DNA from: a virus
Lineage: Duplodnaviria > Caudoviricetes
Reading direction: 5' to 3' (one strand)
Virus record (IMG/VR): IMGVR_UViG_3300031992_000012
Span: 32,001 to 96,000 of that record
Length of the DNA stretch: 64,000 nt
The notes under the pieces: model-generated
What the model was told of the DNA's origin: nothing
The model's database searches: none
Seen by the model: the letters and a program-made list of their open reading frames with translations, nothing else
Program-made: the position numbers and the translations under genes
Shown: positions 1 to 7,082 of the stretch, in pieces
Position numbering within the stretch: the first letter of the stretch is position 1
Layout of the letters: each line of letters starts with the position of its first letter

Positions 1-2
1 AA

Positions 3-1334
3 GGGCAGAAGAACACGGATTTCTGGCGCGACTTCAAGATGGGGAAGAACCCCGTCACGCCCGGCGTCCCGCTCATCTACGAGCGGTTCCTGGCCTCCCT
101 TGAGGGCTCCGGCATCCACATAACGAAGGACGGCGACAAGACGAACGTCTTCGCCATGACGAACGGCGACGTCGACAAGATAGCCCGCGCCGAACTAAAC
201 AGCGCGGCCACGTACGACGACAAGCGCTTCCTGCCAATCCGGGGCGGTCTGTTCGACCCCGCCATCTTCGGCCCCGAGGGCAACCAGTGGGCCAAGATCA
301 AGCTCGACGAACCCGTCCTCAACCCCATAATGGACGATGTCGTCTGCAACTTCCTGAATCTCAAGAAGGCCGAGCTGGACGACGTCCTCGCCGGCAGCAG
401 GAAGCTTCCCAACGGAATGACCGGCGGCGAAGGCCTACGCCAGCAGCTCGCCCATGTCAACCTCGACTCCCTTATCGAGAACGCCAAGAACACAATCCGC
501 ACCGGCCCCCCTTCCAGACGCGACAAGGCTGTGAAAACCCTCCGCTGGGCGTCCGCCATGAAGAACCACGACGCCACGCCCGACATGTTCATGCTGGACG
601 CCGTCCCCGTCCTCCCGCCGAAATACAGGCGCATAACTCGGTCGGGCGACCTCAACATGATTGCCGACGCAAACTACCTCTACAAGCAGCTACTTGACTC
701 CAGGGACGACCTGAGGCAGGCGAAGAACGCCGGACTGCCGGACGAGCTGCTCGCATACGGACGCAAGCGGATAACGGACTCCTTCCGCGCCATAACCGGA
801 CTGGCCGACCCGACCGACAGGAAGCTGGTGGACAGCGACGTCACCGGTCTGCTGAAATGGGTGTTCGGGAAAGGTTCGCCAAAAATGGGCGCGGCCCAGC
901 GGCTGGTCATAGGCGGCAAGCTTGACGTGGCCGGCCGAAGCGTCATCAACATCGACCCCAGGCTCGACTTCGACGAGATAGGGATGCCCGAGAAGCAGGC
1001 GTGGCCGCTGTACAGGGACTTTGTCATACGGAAGCTGGTGCAGGCGGGGATGAACCCGCTGCAGGCGACAAGGGCGACAGTGGAGCACACGCCGTTGGCG
1101 AAACAGGCGTTGATAAAGGCCATGAGCGAACGGCCGGTCATAGCGACACGGGCGCCCGCGCTGCACAAGTTCAGCGTCCAGGCGTTCAAGCCGAAGCTGG
1201 TTAGCGGGGATACACTGAAGCTGAACAGTGTAGTGGAGCATGCGTTTAACGCAGACTTTGACGGGGACCTTCAAATAAACAGCGTATTTGTAAGGTTTTA
1301 TGATAAATCGTCTGAGGGTCAAAAAATAAAATAG
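3..1334 (+). CDS. rpoC: Phage multisubunit RNA polymerase, beta C-terminus fused to beta' N-terminal region, ending with a short intein N-fragment (5' partial)
   Basis: Frame is open from the window edge. PGVPLIYERFLASLEGSGIHI resembles the RpoB C-terminus. Beta' motifs follow: GGLFDPAIFG, VPVLPPKYR, GGKLDVAGRSVI, RAPALHKFSVQAF and catalytic NADFDGD (1248-1268). Stop comes 21 codons later. Confidence 0.93.
   Translation, partial: GQKNTDFWRDFKMGKNPVTPGVPLIYERFLASLEGSGIHITKDGDKTNVFAMTNGDVDKIARAELNSAATYDDKRFLPIRGGLFDPAIFGPEGNQWAKIKLDEPVLNPIMDDVVCNFLNLKKAELDDVLAGSRKLPNGMTGGEGLRQQLAHVNLDSLIENAKNTIRTGPPSRRDKAVKTLRWASAMKNHDATPDMFMLDAVPVLPPKYRRITRSGDLNMIADANYLYKQLLDSRDDLRQAKNAGLPDELLAYGRKRITDSFRAITGLADPTDRKLVDSDVTGLLKWVFGKGSPKMGAAQRLVIGGKLDVAGRSVINIDPRLDFDEIGMPEKQAWPLYRDFVIRKLVQAGMNPLQATRATVEHTPLAKQALIKAMSERPVIATRAPALHKFSVQAFKPKLVSGDTLKLNSVVEHAFNADFDGDLQINSVFVRFYDKSSEGQKIK
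1269..1331 (+). mobile_element. Putative short N-fragment of an atypically split intein (LQINSVFVRFYDKSSEGQKIK)
   Basis: Non-RNAP, AT-rich 21-codon tail right after NADFDGD; (D)LQINSVFV loosely matches intein block A spacing but has no Cys/Ser at position 1. Confidence 0.6.
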
Positions 1335-1354
1335 GAAAAATATCAAACTCTGCC

Positions 1355-1382
1355 TTGACATTGTTCTTTTCCGCATTATAGT
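1355..1382 (+). promoter_or_regulatory. sigma70-like promoter between the two halves of the split RNAP/intein gene
   Basis: TTGACA (1355-1360), 16-nt spacer, TATAGT (1377-1382). Confidence 0.65.
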
Positions 1383-1414
1383 AATAGCATGTTCAATCGA
1401 GGAACGTGCTATTA
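1382..1414 (+). promoter_or_regulatory. 13-bp stem-loop in the 5' leader of the intein C-part gene
   Basis: TAATAGCATGTTC / GAACGTGCTATTA with one G-U pair; buries the GTG at 1406, so ATG 1439 (SD AAGGA) is the likelier start. Confidence 0.6.
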
Positions 1415-1438
1415 ACCCTAATGAAAAGGAAAAGAACA

Positions 1439-3253
1439 ATGAACAGAGTAAAGTTTTTCTCTAACGGCCAGACTTTGATTATGAACCTTGCGGATATTCC
1501 GCATGGTGCCCTTATCGGCTCCAAGGACTTTGACGATGGAAGGCACATTGACTTTTATGAGGCCCTTCCAGGAACACAGGTCATTGCATACGACGAAGCG
1601 ACGGGTAAGCCAAAGTGGGTTGATATCTCCGGTTGGTCGAGGCACACCGGTTCAAAATTGGAGCTGGTGCAGTTGTCCAACGGCGACACGATAACGACGG
1701 ACGACGACCCCCGCGCCGTTTATGGGATGCCTATTGACGCGGTTGGTTTGCAGATGGACAGGGACACGCCCGCTAACGCCAAAAAACGTGCGTTTATAGT
1801 CCCGCTGGTAGGGCAGCTTCCTGAGACTACTCCGGTGTTTTCTTCCGTTGACCTTTTGAACGGCGGTGTTCCTTCAAACGACACGCCAATCCCAAGCAAG
1901 GGAATAATAGCCGCCGACTACAATTTCGGACAGTTCCTTGGTCTTATCGCCGGAGACGGGTGGTGGCATAAGAGTATATACAGTTCTGGTTATAAAAACG
2001 CTGTTCTTTTAGCAGACCTTTACGGCTCAAATGCCGGCTTTATTATAAATTGGGCTAAGGAACTATTCCCTAGTTTTAAATACTACAAGAGCGAGCAGAG
2101 AAAGGAATTATACTCTGATCGGTTTGGTGACTGTATTTCGTGGTCCTTCTACTTCTACGATTCCATGATAATGTGCGACGCCCTGTCCAACATGCTTGAC
2201 GGGCATAGTGACAACAAAACGGCAGGAGCAGGGAACAAGCGTCTTCCTTACTGGTTCCTGTCCATGCCGAAGGAGTTCCGTCTAGGTCTTCTTAATGGTC
2301 TAATGGCTTCCGATGGAACAATAAATTTCAATTCCTCCGGCGACAGAAGCCACCCAGAACTGCAGCTTCAGTTCACATCGACATCCCGGGCGCTTATTGA
2401 CGACGTAAAGGCTTTGTGCACTTCCCTGGACATACGCGCCACAATATTATTCTCGAGGAAAACAGTCCGCGACAATACATCCTGGGTGGTTGTTCTGAGC
2501 TCCCAGGACTGCAAACGAATGGACGTCTTTTCCCGTTGCTGCTGCGACTATAAGCGTGATACGTTCCTGAACGCGGATGTCTCGATGGACGCGCAGTACA
2601 ATCACGGTGACTTTCTGCCGCTTCCGAAGCAGGTGTCCGATACAATGTTCAAATACGTGAAGTGCCGGGCGAAGATTGCCAAGGCGGTTATCGAGGATTG
2701 CCCTCTTCCTGCCTACTGCAAGAGGGGGAACTCCGTCTATCAGTCGTTGTACCAGTATAGGTCCAAGGGGTACATAACGAGGGAATTCGCAGGCCGGCTA
2801 TGCGACTGGCTGGACGATACGACAAGGATGAACCTATGGTTCAATGACTATATCAAGGATTTTACAACGCGTTTGAAAAACGGTGAGCGTGTTTTCAAGG
2901 CGGAGGAGGGGAACACGCTGGTGGAAGCCATAGCCTTCAATGCGGGTTATTTTGACAAACCATCTGTTCTTGAGGCACGGGCCAAGTCAAGCATGCTTCG
3001 TCAGAAGACAAGCAGGTTTCCTGTAAACTTGCCTGAAGCTCTTGAGAAGGTGACGCTGTCTGATGATGCTATCCTGTTCAATCCTGTCGAGAAGGACCCA
3101 GTGCTAAGGGCCTGGTTGGAACTGTCGGCGTGTCCGATAAAATGGGCTTACATAGAGGATGTCCAGAAAACAGGGCAGGAGGAGGAAGGATATGACCTTA
3201 CTGTTCCCGGATATGAGACCTTTGCGTCCGCCAGCGGAATAATCCTTTCCAAC
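1439..3253 (+). mobile_element. Intein C-fragment with homing endonuclease
   Basis: Ends ...ILSN|T (Asn 3251-3253, Thr+1); lower GC than flanks. Confidence 0.85.
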
Positions 3254-3526
3254 ACAATGACATACTACGTGCCTGTCTCCAAGAAGGCCGTGCAGGAGGC
3301 ATACGACCTCATGCTTCCTTCCAAGAACCAGTTGGCGGCCCGTGACTTCAAGGCCCTTCCCGAGCTTCAGGAGGAGCTGGTCTCCGGGGCGTGGCTGGCG
3401 TCTCATAAGAAGAACGCGCCTGTAAAGGCCGTGTTCAACACCCGCGCCGAAGCCATAGCGGCCTACCGCGCAGGAGAAATAGACATAGACGACAATGTGG
3501 TAATAAAGGAAGACCAGCACCGCTGA
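1439..3526 (+). CDS. Intein C-part with LAGLIDADG homing endonuclease, fused to the ~90-aa RNAP beta' continuation (C-extein TMTYYVPVS...)
   Basis: LAGLIDADG motifs FLGLIAGDG and LNGLMASDG; block F/G GYDLTVPGYETFASASGIILSN; then TMTYYVPVSKKAVQEAYDLMLPSKN, which matches the beta' segment following NADFDGD. Confidence 0.9.
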   Translation: MNRVKFFSNGQTLIMNLADIPHGALIGSKDFDDGRHIDFYEALPGTQVIAYDEATGKPKWVDISGWSRHTGSKLELVQLSNGDTITTDDDPRAVYGMPIDAVGLQMDRDTPANAKKRAFIVPLVGQLPETTPVFSSVDLLNGGVPSNDTPIPSKGIIAADYNFGQFLGLIAGDGWWHKSIYSSGYKNAVLLADLYGSNAGFIINWAKELFPSFKYYKSEQRKELYSDRFGDCISWSFYFYDSMIMCDALSNMLDGHSDNKTAGAGNKRLPYWFLSMPKEFRLGLLNGLMASDGTINFNSSGDRSHPELQLQFTSTSRALIDDVKALCTSLDIRATILFSRKTVRDNTSWVVVLSSQDCKRMDVFSRCCCDYKRDTFLNADVSMDAQYNHGDFLPLPKQVSDTMFKYVKCRAKIAKAVIEDCPLPAYCKRGNSVYQSLYQYRSKGYITREFAGRLCDWLDDTTRMNLWFNDYIKDFTTRLKNGERVFKAEEGNTLVEAIAFNAGYFDKPSVLEARAKSSMLRQKTSRFPVNLPEALEKVTLSDDAILFNPVEKDPVLRAWLELSACPIKWAYIEDVQKTGQEEEGYDLTVPGYETFASASGIILSNTMTYYVPVSKKAVQEAYDLMLPSKNQLAARDFKALPELQEELVSGAWLASHKKNAPVKAVFNTRAEAIAAYRAGEIDIDDNVVIKEDQHR
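2858..2881. repeat. Degenerate copy of 24-bp palindrome GATTTTCCAACGCGTTGGAAAATC
   Basis: GATTTTACAACGCGTTTGAAAAAC, 21/24 identical to the copy at 42618. Confidence 0.5.
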
Positions 3527-3551
3527 AACAACACCCTTCCCGCGTAATAAT
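3522..3551 (+). promoter_or_regulatory. Repeated phage promoter copy 1
   Basis: GCTGAAA-N14-CGTAATAAT. Confidence 0.75.
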
Positions 3552-3582
3552 TCATTAAGGAAGGGTTACCTAGCCCGCTCCC

Positions 3583-3606
3583 GCCCGGCTTTTACGCCGG
3601 GCTTTT
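3583..3606 (+). terminator. Rho-independent terminator
   Basis: GCCCGGC/GCCGGGC stem followed by TTTT. Confidence 0.6.
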
Positions 3607-3635
3607 CATTTCGTTACATCACAGGAGGCAAAAAC

Positions 3636-3812
3636 ATGTTTTTCATCATCGACCTTTTCCTGGCGGTAATCGCCGCCCTGTCCGAACCCGCCCCGCAGCC
3701 GGCGCCGCCAATCCAGGAGGAGCATATATGGGTTGAGAGGCGCATGGAGATGCGGCATCACGACCATCTGATACGAACGCCGACGATAAGCGGCGACGCA
3801 GTTAAACGCTGA
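3636..3812 (+). CDS. Small 58-aa protein with hydrophobic N-terminus
   Basis: AGGAGG SD; MFFIIDLFLAVIAALSEPAPQPAPP...; below the ORF-track cutoff. Confidence 0.55.
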   Translation: MFFIIDLFLAVIAALSEPAPQPAPPIQEEHIWVERRMEMRHHDHLIRTPTISGDAVKR

Positions 3813-3818
3813 AGAAGC

Positions 3819-3852
3819 GCCCGGGTCTTCATCCGAAAGACCCGGGCTTTTT
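3819..3852 (+). terminator. Rho-independent terminator
   Basis: GCCCGGGTCTT/AAGACCCGGGC stem plus T-run. Confidence 0.75.
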
Positions 3853-3879
3853 GTTGTCGATTTTTAACAAGGAGAAACG

Positions 3880-4632
3880 ATGGGTCATTTCATGGAAACC
3901 GACGGGCTCACGAAGCTGCCCGTCTACCCCGGCGACGACGTGCATATGTTCATTGGCTACTACGACAAAGGGGACGACGGAAAGAAAGCGCTGAACCCGC
4001 TGCTTGTTATGGAGACCTGGGAGCCCCGTGACTGGGCGGCCAGCATAGAGGTTCTCAGGGGCGAGTACGATTCCTACGGCTGGCTTGAGGGTGTCGAACG
4101 GATAGCCAAAGAAAGCGGAACGTCATTCGAGACGGTGTTCTTCCGTCATTCGACCGTGCTCTGGGCGCGCAGGCTTTACGCCAACCGCAAGGACGACATG
4201 TCGGACTACTGGAGGAAGAAGGAGCTCGAGGACAGGACGGAGCTTCGCGCCACCATGTCCGAATGGGACAAGGAGCTTGGCGACCTCTATTGGAACCACG
4301 GGCGCAACGCCGCCAACTACGCAATCGACATGTACTGCCGCAAGGACCCCGGCAAGTTCGGCGCCGACCATATGGAGTTCTTCTCCATGTTCATGAACGG
4401 GCTGTCGTCGAAGGACGTGTACTGGTCGGTGCTGAACCATCTTGCCGGTCATGTATACCGGAAGATAATAGTGCCGGTATTCTACGCCGCCAAGGCGTGC
4501 AGGACGTCCATCTGGCCCAACCCCTACGGCGACCAGGATGGATTCGACATCACCGAAAACAGGAAGCTGGCAAAGTTCACGCTCGGTCAGGCGGAAGCAA
4601 TAATAAAGGAGCGCAGGAAGCGCTTGAAGTAA
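3880..4632 (+). CDS. Hypothetical protein
   Basis: 250-aa ORF with AAGGAG SD. Confidence 0.8.
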   Translation: MGHFMETDGLTKLPVYPGDDVHMFIGYYDKGDDGKKALNPLLVMETWEPRDWAASIEVLRGEYDSYGWLEGVERIAKESGTSFETVFFRHSTVLWARRLYANRKDDMSDYWRKKELEDRTELRATMSEWDKELGDLYWNHGRNAANYAIDMYCRKDPGKFGADHMEFFSMFMNGLSSKDVYWSVLNHLAGHVYRKIIVPVFYAAKACRTSIWPNPYGDQDGFDITENRKLAKFTLGQAEAIIKERRKRLK

Positions 4633-4654
4633 CAACAACCAATGGAGAAAACAG

Positions 4655-5236
4655 ATGAAAAAGACAGAAACCAAGAAAGAAACAGTAAAGAAGCCGAAGG
4701 CCGCAAGCCTCACCCTCTCACTGGTTCCCAACAAGATGATGCGGGCAACGCTGTCATGCAAGACGGTGCAGGAGCGCATTGCCCGCGTGATGCTGGACAA
4801 GGCGAACGAGACAACAGCCGGCCTACCAGGAGCCCTTGTCAATTCCGAGCTTTTCGAGGCGGCCGTCGCTTGGTGGGAAGGCGGAAAGGAAAGCGGGGCG
4901 TACCCGCTGTTCCAGGCCCTTTCCGACAGTGTCCCTGGTCTGGTGGCCATGCCAGTCGATACAGCCGACGGCGAAGACACCGCCGTCATCGTGGCCCTTC
5001 CTGACGACTTTTTCCCGGTCGACATGTGGCTGGCAATGTTCCTTATGAAGGAGCAGGGCATACACAAGGGCTATTCGCTTTATCGTAGCAGACAGGCGGT
5101 CAAGGTAGGGCAAGGGCGCTTCGGTGTCCTTAACCGGAACTACCATGTCGTAAGATTTACGGACAAGAAGATGGACGACGCGTGGACCAAGGTCAACCCT
5201 GTCTTCACTATTTCTCCGGAAGCGCTGAAACACTGA
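4655..5236 (+). CDS. Hypothetical protein
   Basis: 193-aa ORF with GGAG SD. Confidence 0.75.
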   Translation: MKKTETKKETVKKPKAASLTLSLVPNKMMRATLSCKTVQERIARVMLDKANETTAGLPGALVNSELFEAAVAWWEGGKESGAYPLFQALSDSVPGLVAMPVDTADGEDTAVIVALPDDFFPVDMWLAMFLMKEQGIHKGYSLYRSRQAVKVGQGRFGVLNRNYHVVRFTDKKMDDAWTKVNPVFTISPEALKH

Positions 5237-5253
5237 TTGTTTTGCGTAATAAT
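5224..5253 (+). promoter_or_regulatory. Repeated phage promoter copy 2 (drives ncRNA/tRNA)
   Basis: GCTGAAA-N14-CGTAATAAT. Confidence 0.75.
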
Positions 5254-5258
5254 TAATT

Positions 5259-5872
5259 GAAAGGACGGCCGTAGCACTGAAACAATGAAGTGCCATACAC
5301 CGTCCTTTCTTAGCGCATTGATTTCCTATGACCAAGACCATTGGCGATGATACGTATGGCGTTTCCATTTCTGGATAGCCACAGGGACAGTAACCCTGCG
5401 TTCTCGCTGCTGGAGGAGGTGGCCTAGCGGCTCCCGTGTGGATCTGGGGTCCCTTTCAGGGAGTTCCAAGTAGCGGGGTGACAGGAAGGTGTCGTCGTGA
5501 CAGGACGGCAGAATCCGTGCGTGAAGCTTCACATGTACTTTGCCGTCTCGGCACCGTGTCCGGCATGTGGAGGCTATCAGGACGATGGACGAGCCAAGGA
5601 CTCAGGCATTGTGTGCGCTATGCGCCACTATACCCTCGCTTGGGTGCGAGGGGTCGGTATCCATTCCGGCGTGCCTTCCTGGGTTATCTGAAAGGTCCTA
5701 TCGGAACCGGTTGGTCGCGGGCATTGTAGGCTGCGTGTCCGCGCCTGGAAACCACTGGTGGTTAAAAGAGAGTACGTTTGGCGTCCATAGGAGGGCGGCC
5801 GGTTTGTCTGGCCGCTGACGTCACCGCCAGGGGCGGCAAAAACCTACAGCCGGGGAGTCGTGCACCCTGGCA
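5259..5872 (+). ncRNA. Candidate large structured non-coding RNA (ROOL/GOLLD-like context, family not identified)
   Basis: ~610 nt with no credible ORF, between a promoter and a tRNA. Many helices: 5324-5330/5786-5792, 5374-5380/5572-5578, 5504-5512/5539-5547, 5482-5490/5673-5681, 5633-5639/5646-5652, 5716-5723/5736-5743. Confidence 0.6.
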
Positions 5873-5876
5873 TTTC

Positions 5877-5949
5877 GTCCGGGTAGCATAATGGATAATG
5901 CATCTGATTTCTAATCAGACGATTGCGGGTTCGAGTCCCGCCCCGGACA
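5877..5949 (+). tRNA. tRNA-Arg (anticodon UCU), CCA not encoded
   Basis: Acceptor GTCCGGG/CCCGGAC, anticodon stem TCTGA/TCAGA with loop TT-TCT-AA, T-arm GCGGG-TTCGAGT-CCCGC. Confidence 0.93.
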
Positions 5950-6049
5950 TCTGTTTGTTTTGTAAATGGAAGGCGGGTCTGCGTGAGCGGCCGCCTCGCC
6001 TTCCGGGTTTTTCCTTAGGCCGCAAAGTTTTTGTAAGGAGGCTAGTAAC

Positions 6050-6901
6050 ATGTACCTTAAACTCCACGTTGAGCGTGAAATCTCCAGTGCGGAACTGGAG
6101 GCATTTACAAAGATTCTACCCTTTCTCAAGAAGGGCATTGACACGGGCGAGCTGACGTTGTCCGACAACTCGGAACCGGTCAGGACACTTGAACTCCCAG
6201 AGGCCAAGATTGTCCCGGCGACAGCCGAGATTCGGCTGAAACCTGTCCGCAAGCCACACCGTCCTTGGCGTGTTCGCGTCGACCAGGCCATTCGGGCCTG
6301 CAAAGAATTCCGCGAAGGGAAATTCGCGGAAAACGTCGACATGATGCTTGAGACCTTTGCTTGGCAGGTCTCCGACATGGCCGAGTGGGTGCCATACACC
6401 CGCGAGGAAATAGCCGATGCACTGGTAATCGACAAGAGCGACGTTGACCCTCTGATGAAGACCTTCTACAGGGTTCTGAACCGCTCGTCCGCTCTAGCAA
6501 CCAACTGCTTCATGCTTCCGCCAACGCTGGCCGAGGCCGTCAAGAAGGAGGAGGCCAATACGGCGGAACGGGAGGCCCAGAACAAGGAGCAGACGGGTGA
6601 CGAGCACATCGGGTTTGAGCAGAACACAAAGAGAGCCATCACCGAGTCCCTGATGAAACTCGATTGGGATTCCCCGGACAGGTACGAGATGAAAATCTCT
6701 GACTTCCTGTTGTGGGGCAAGGTGAAGGACGCCAACAACATCAACGTCATCCGGAGTTTCATGCCTATCGCCCGGGGCATGAAATTGAGCATTCAACGTC
6801 TCCGTGCAGAGCGGGACTCCAAGAACAGAATCGTGGGAATCTACGCGTTCCCGCCGCCACGAAACGGAGCGTTCTGGAAGAGCGCGAAGAAAGTGGAATA
6901 A
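6050..6901 (+). CDS. Hypothetical protein
   Basis: 283-aa ORF with TAAGGAGG SD. Confidence 0.8.
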   Translation: MYLKLHVEREISSAELEAFTKILPFLKKGIDTGELTLSDNSEPVRTLELPEAKIVPATAEIRLKPVRKPHRPWRVRVDQAIRACKEFREGKFAENVDMMLETFAWQVSDMAEWVPYTREEIADALVIDKSDVDPLMKTFYRVLNRSSALATNCFMLPPTLAEAVKKEEANTAEREAQNKEQTGDEHIGFEQNTKRAITESLMKLDWDSPDRYEMKISDFLLWGKVKDANNINVIRSFMPIARGMKLSIQRLRAERDSKNRIVGIYAFPPPRNGAFWKSAKKVE

Positions 6902-7082
6902 TTTGCAATTTGATAGTGGCGGGAGGAGAAACAACGCTTATATTAATTAGCGTTGTCTTCGCCCCGCCTCCATTTTTTGGGGGAGGAAAACTACTAACAA
7001 ACACAACGGCAAAGCATGTCCGTCCGCATCTCACGGGAGGTGCGGGAAGTGGCCCAAGACGGCCTCGCGTGCTCTTTTTTAG

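Noticed and set aside
1332-1438. Stop-codon read-through or recoded TAG joining the two RNAP ORFs
   Set aside because: The ORFs are in different frames, a TGA follows 8 codons after the TAG, and TAG terminates many normal genes in the window
1269-1438. Group I/II intron explaining the RNAP break
   Set aside because: The gap is only ~100-170 nt with no intron core, and the downstream ORF has protein-splicing blocks F/G ending Asn-Thr
5259-5872. Short ORFs (5436, 5497, 5540) or tmRNA/RNase P identity
   Set aside because: The ORFs lack SD and protein-like composition; no tRNA-like ends or GAGGAAAGUCC signature
5908-5914. Amber suppressor tRNA (CTA in the loop)
   Set aside because: With the 5-bp stem and 7-nt loop the anticodon is TCT (Arg); CTA is off-register
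6873-6902. Tenth promoter copy (TCTGGAA-N14-TGGAATAAT)
   Set aside because: Both boxes are degenerate and lie within a CDS end; not enough support
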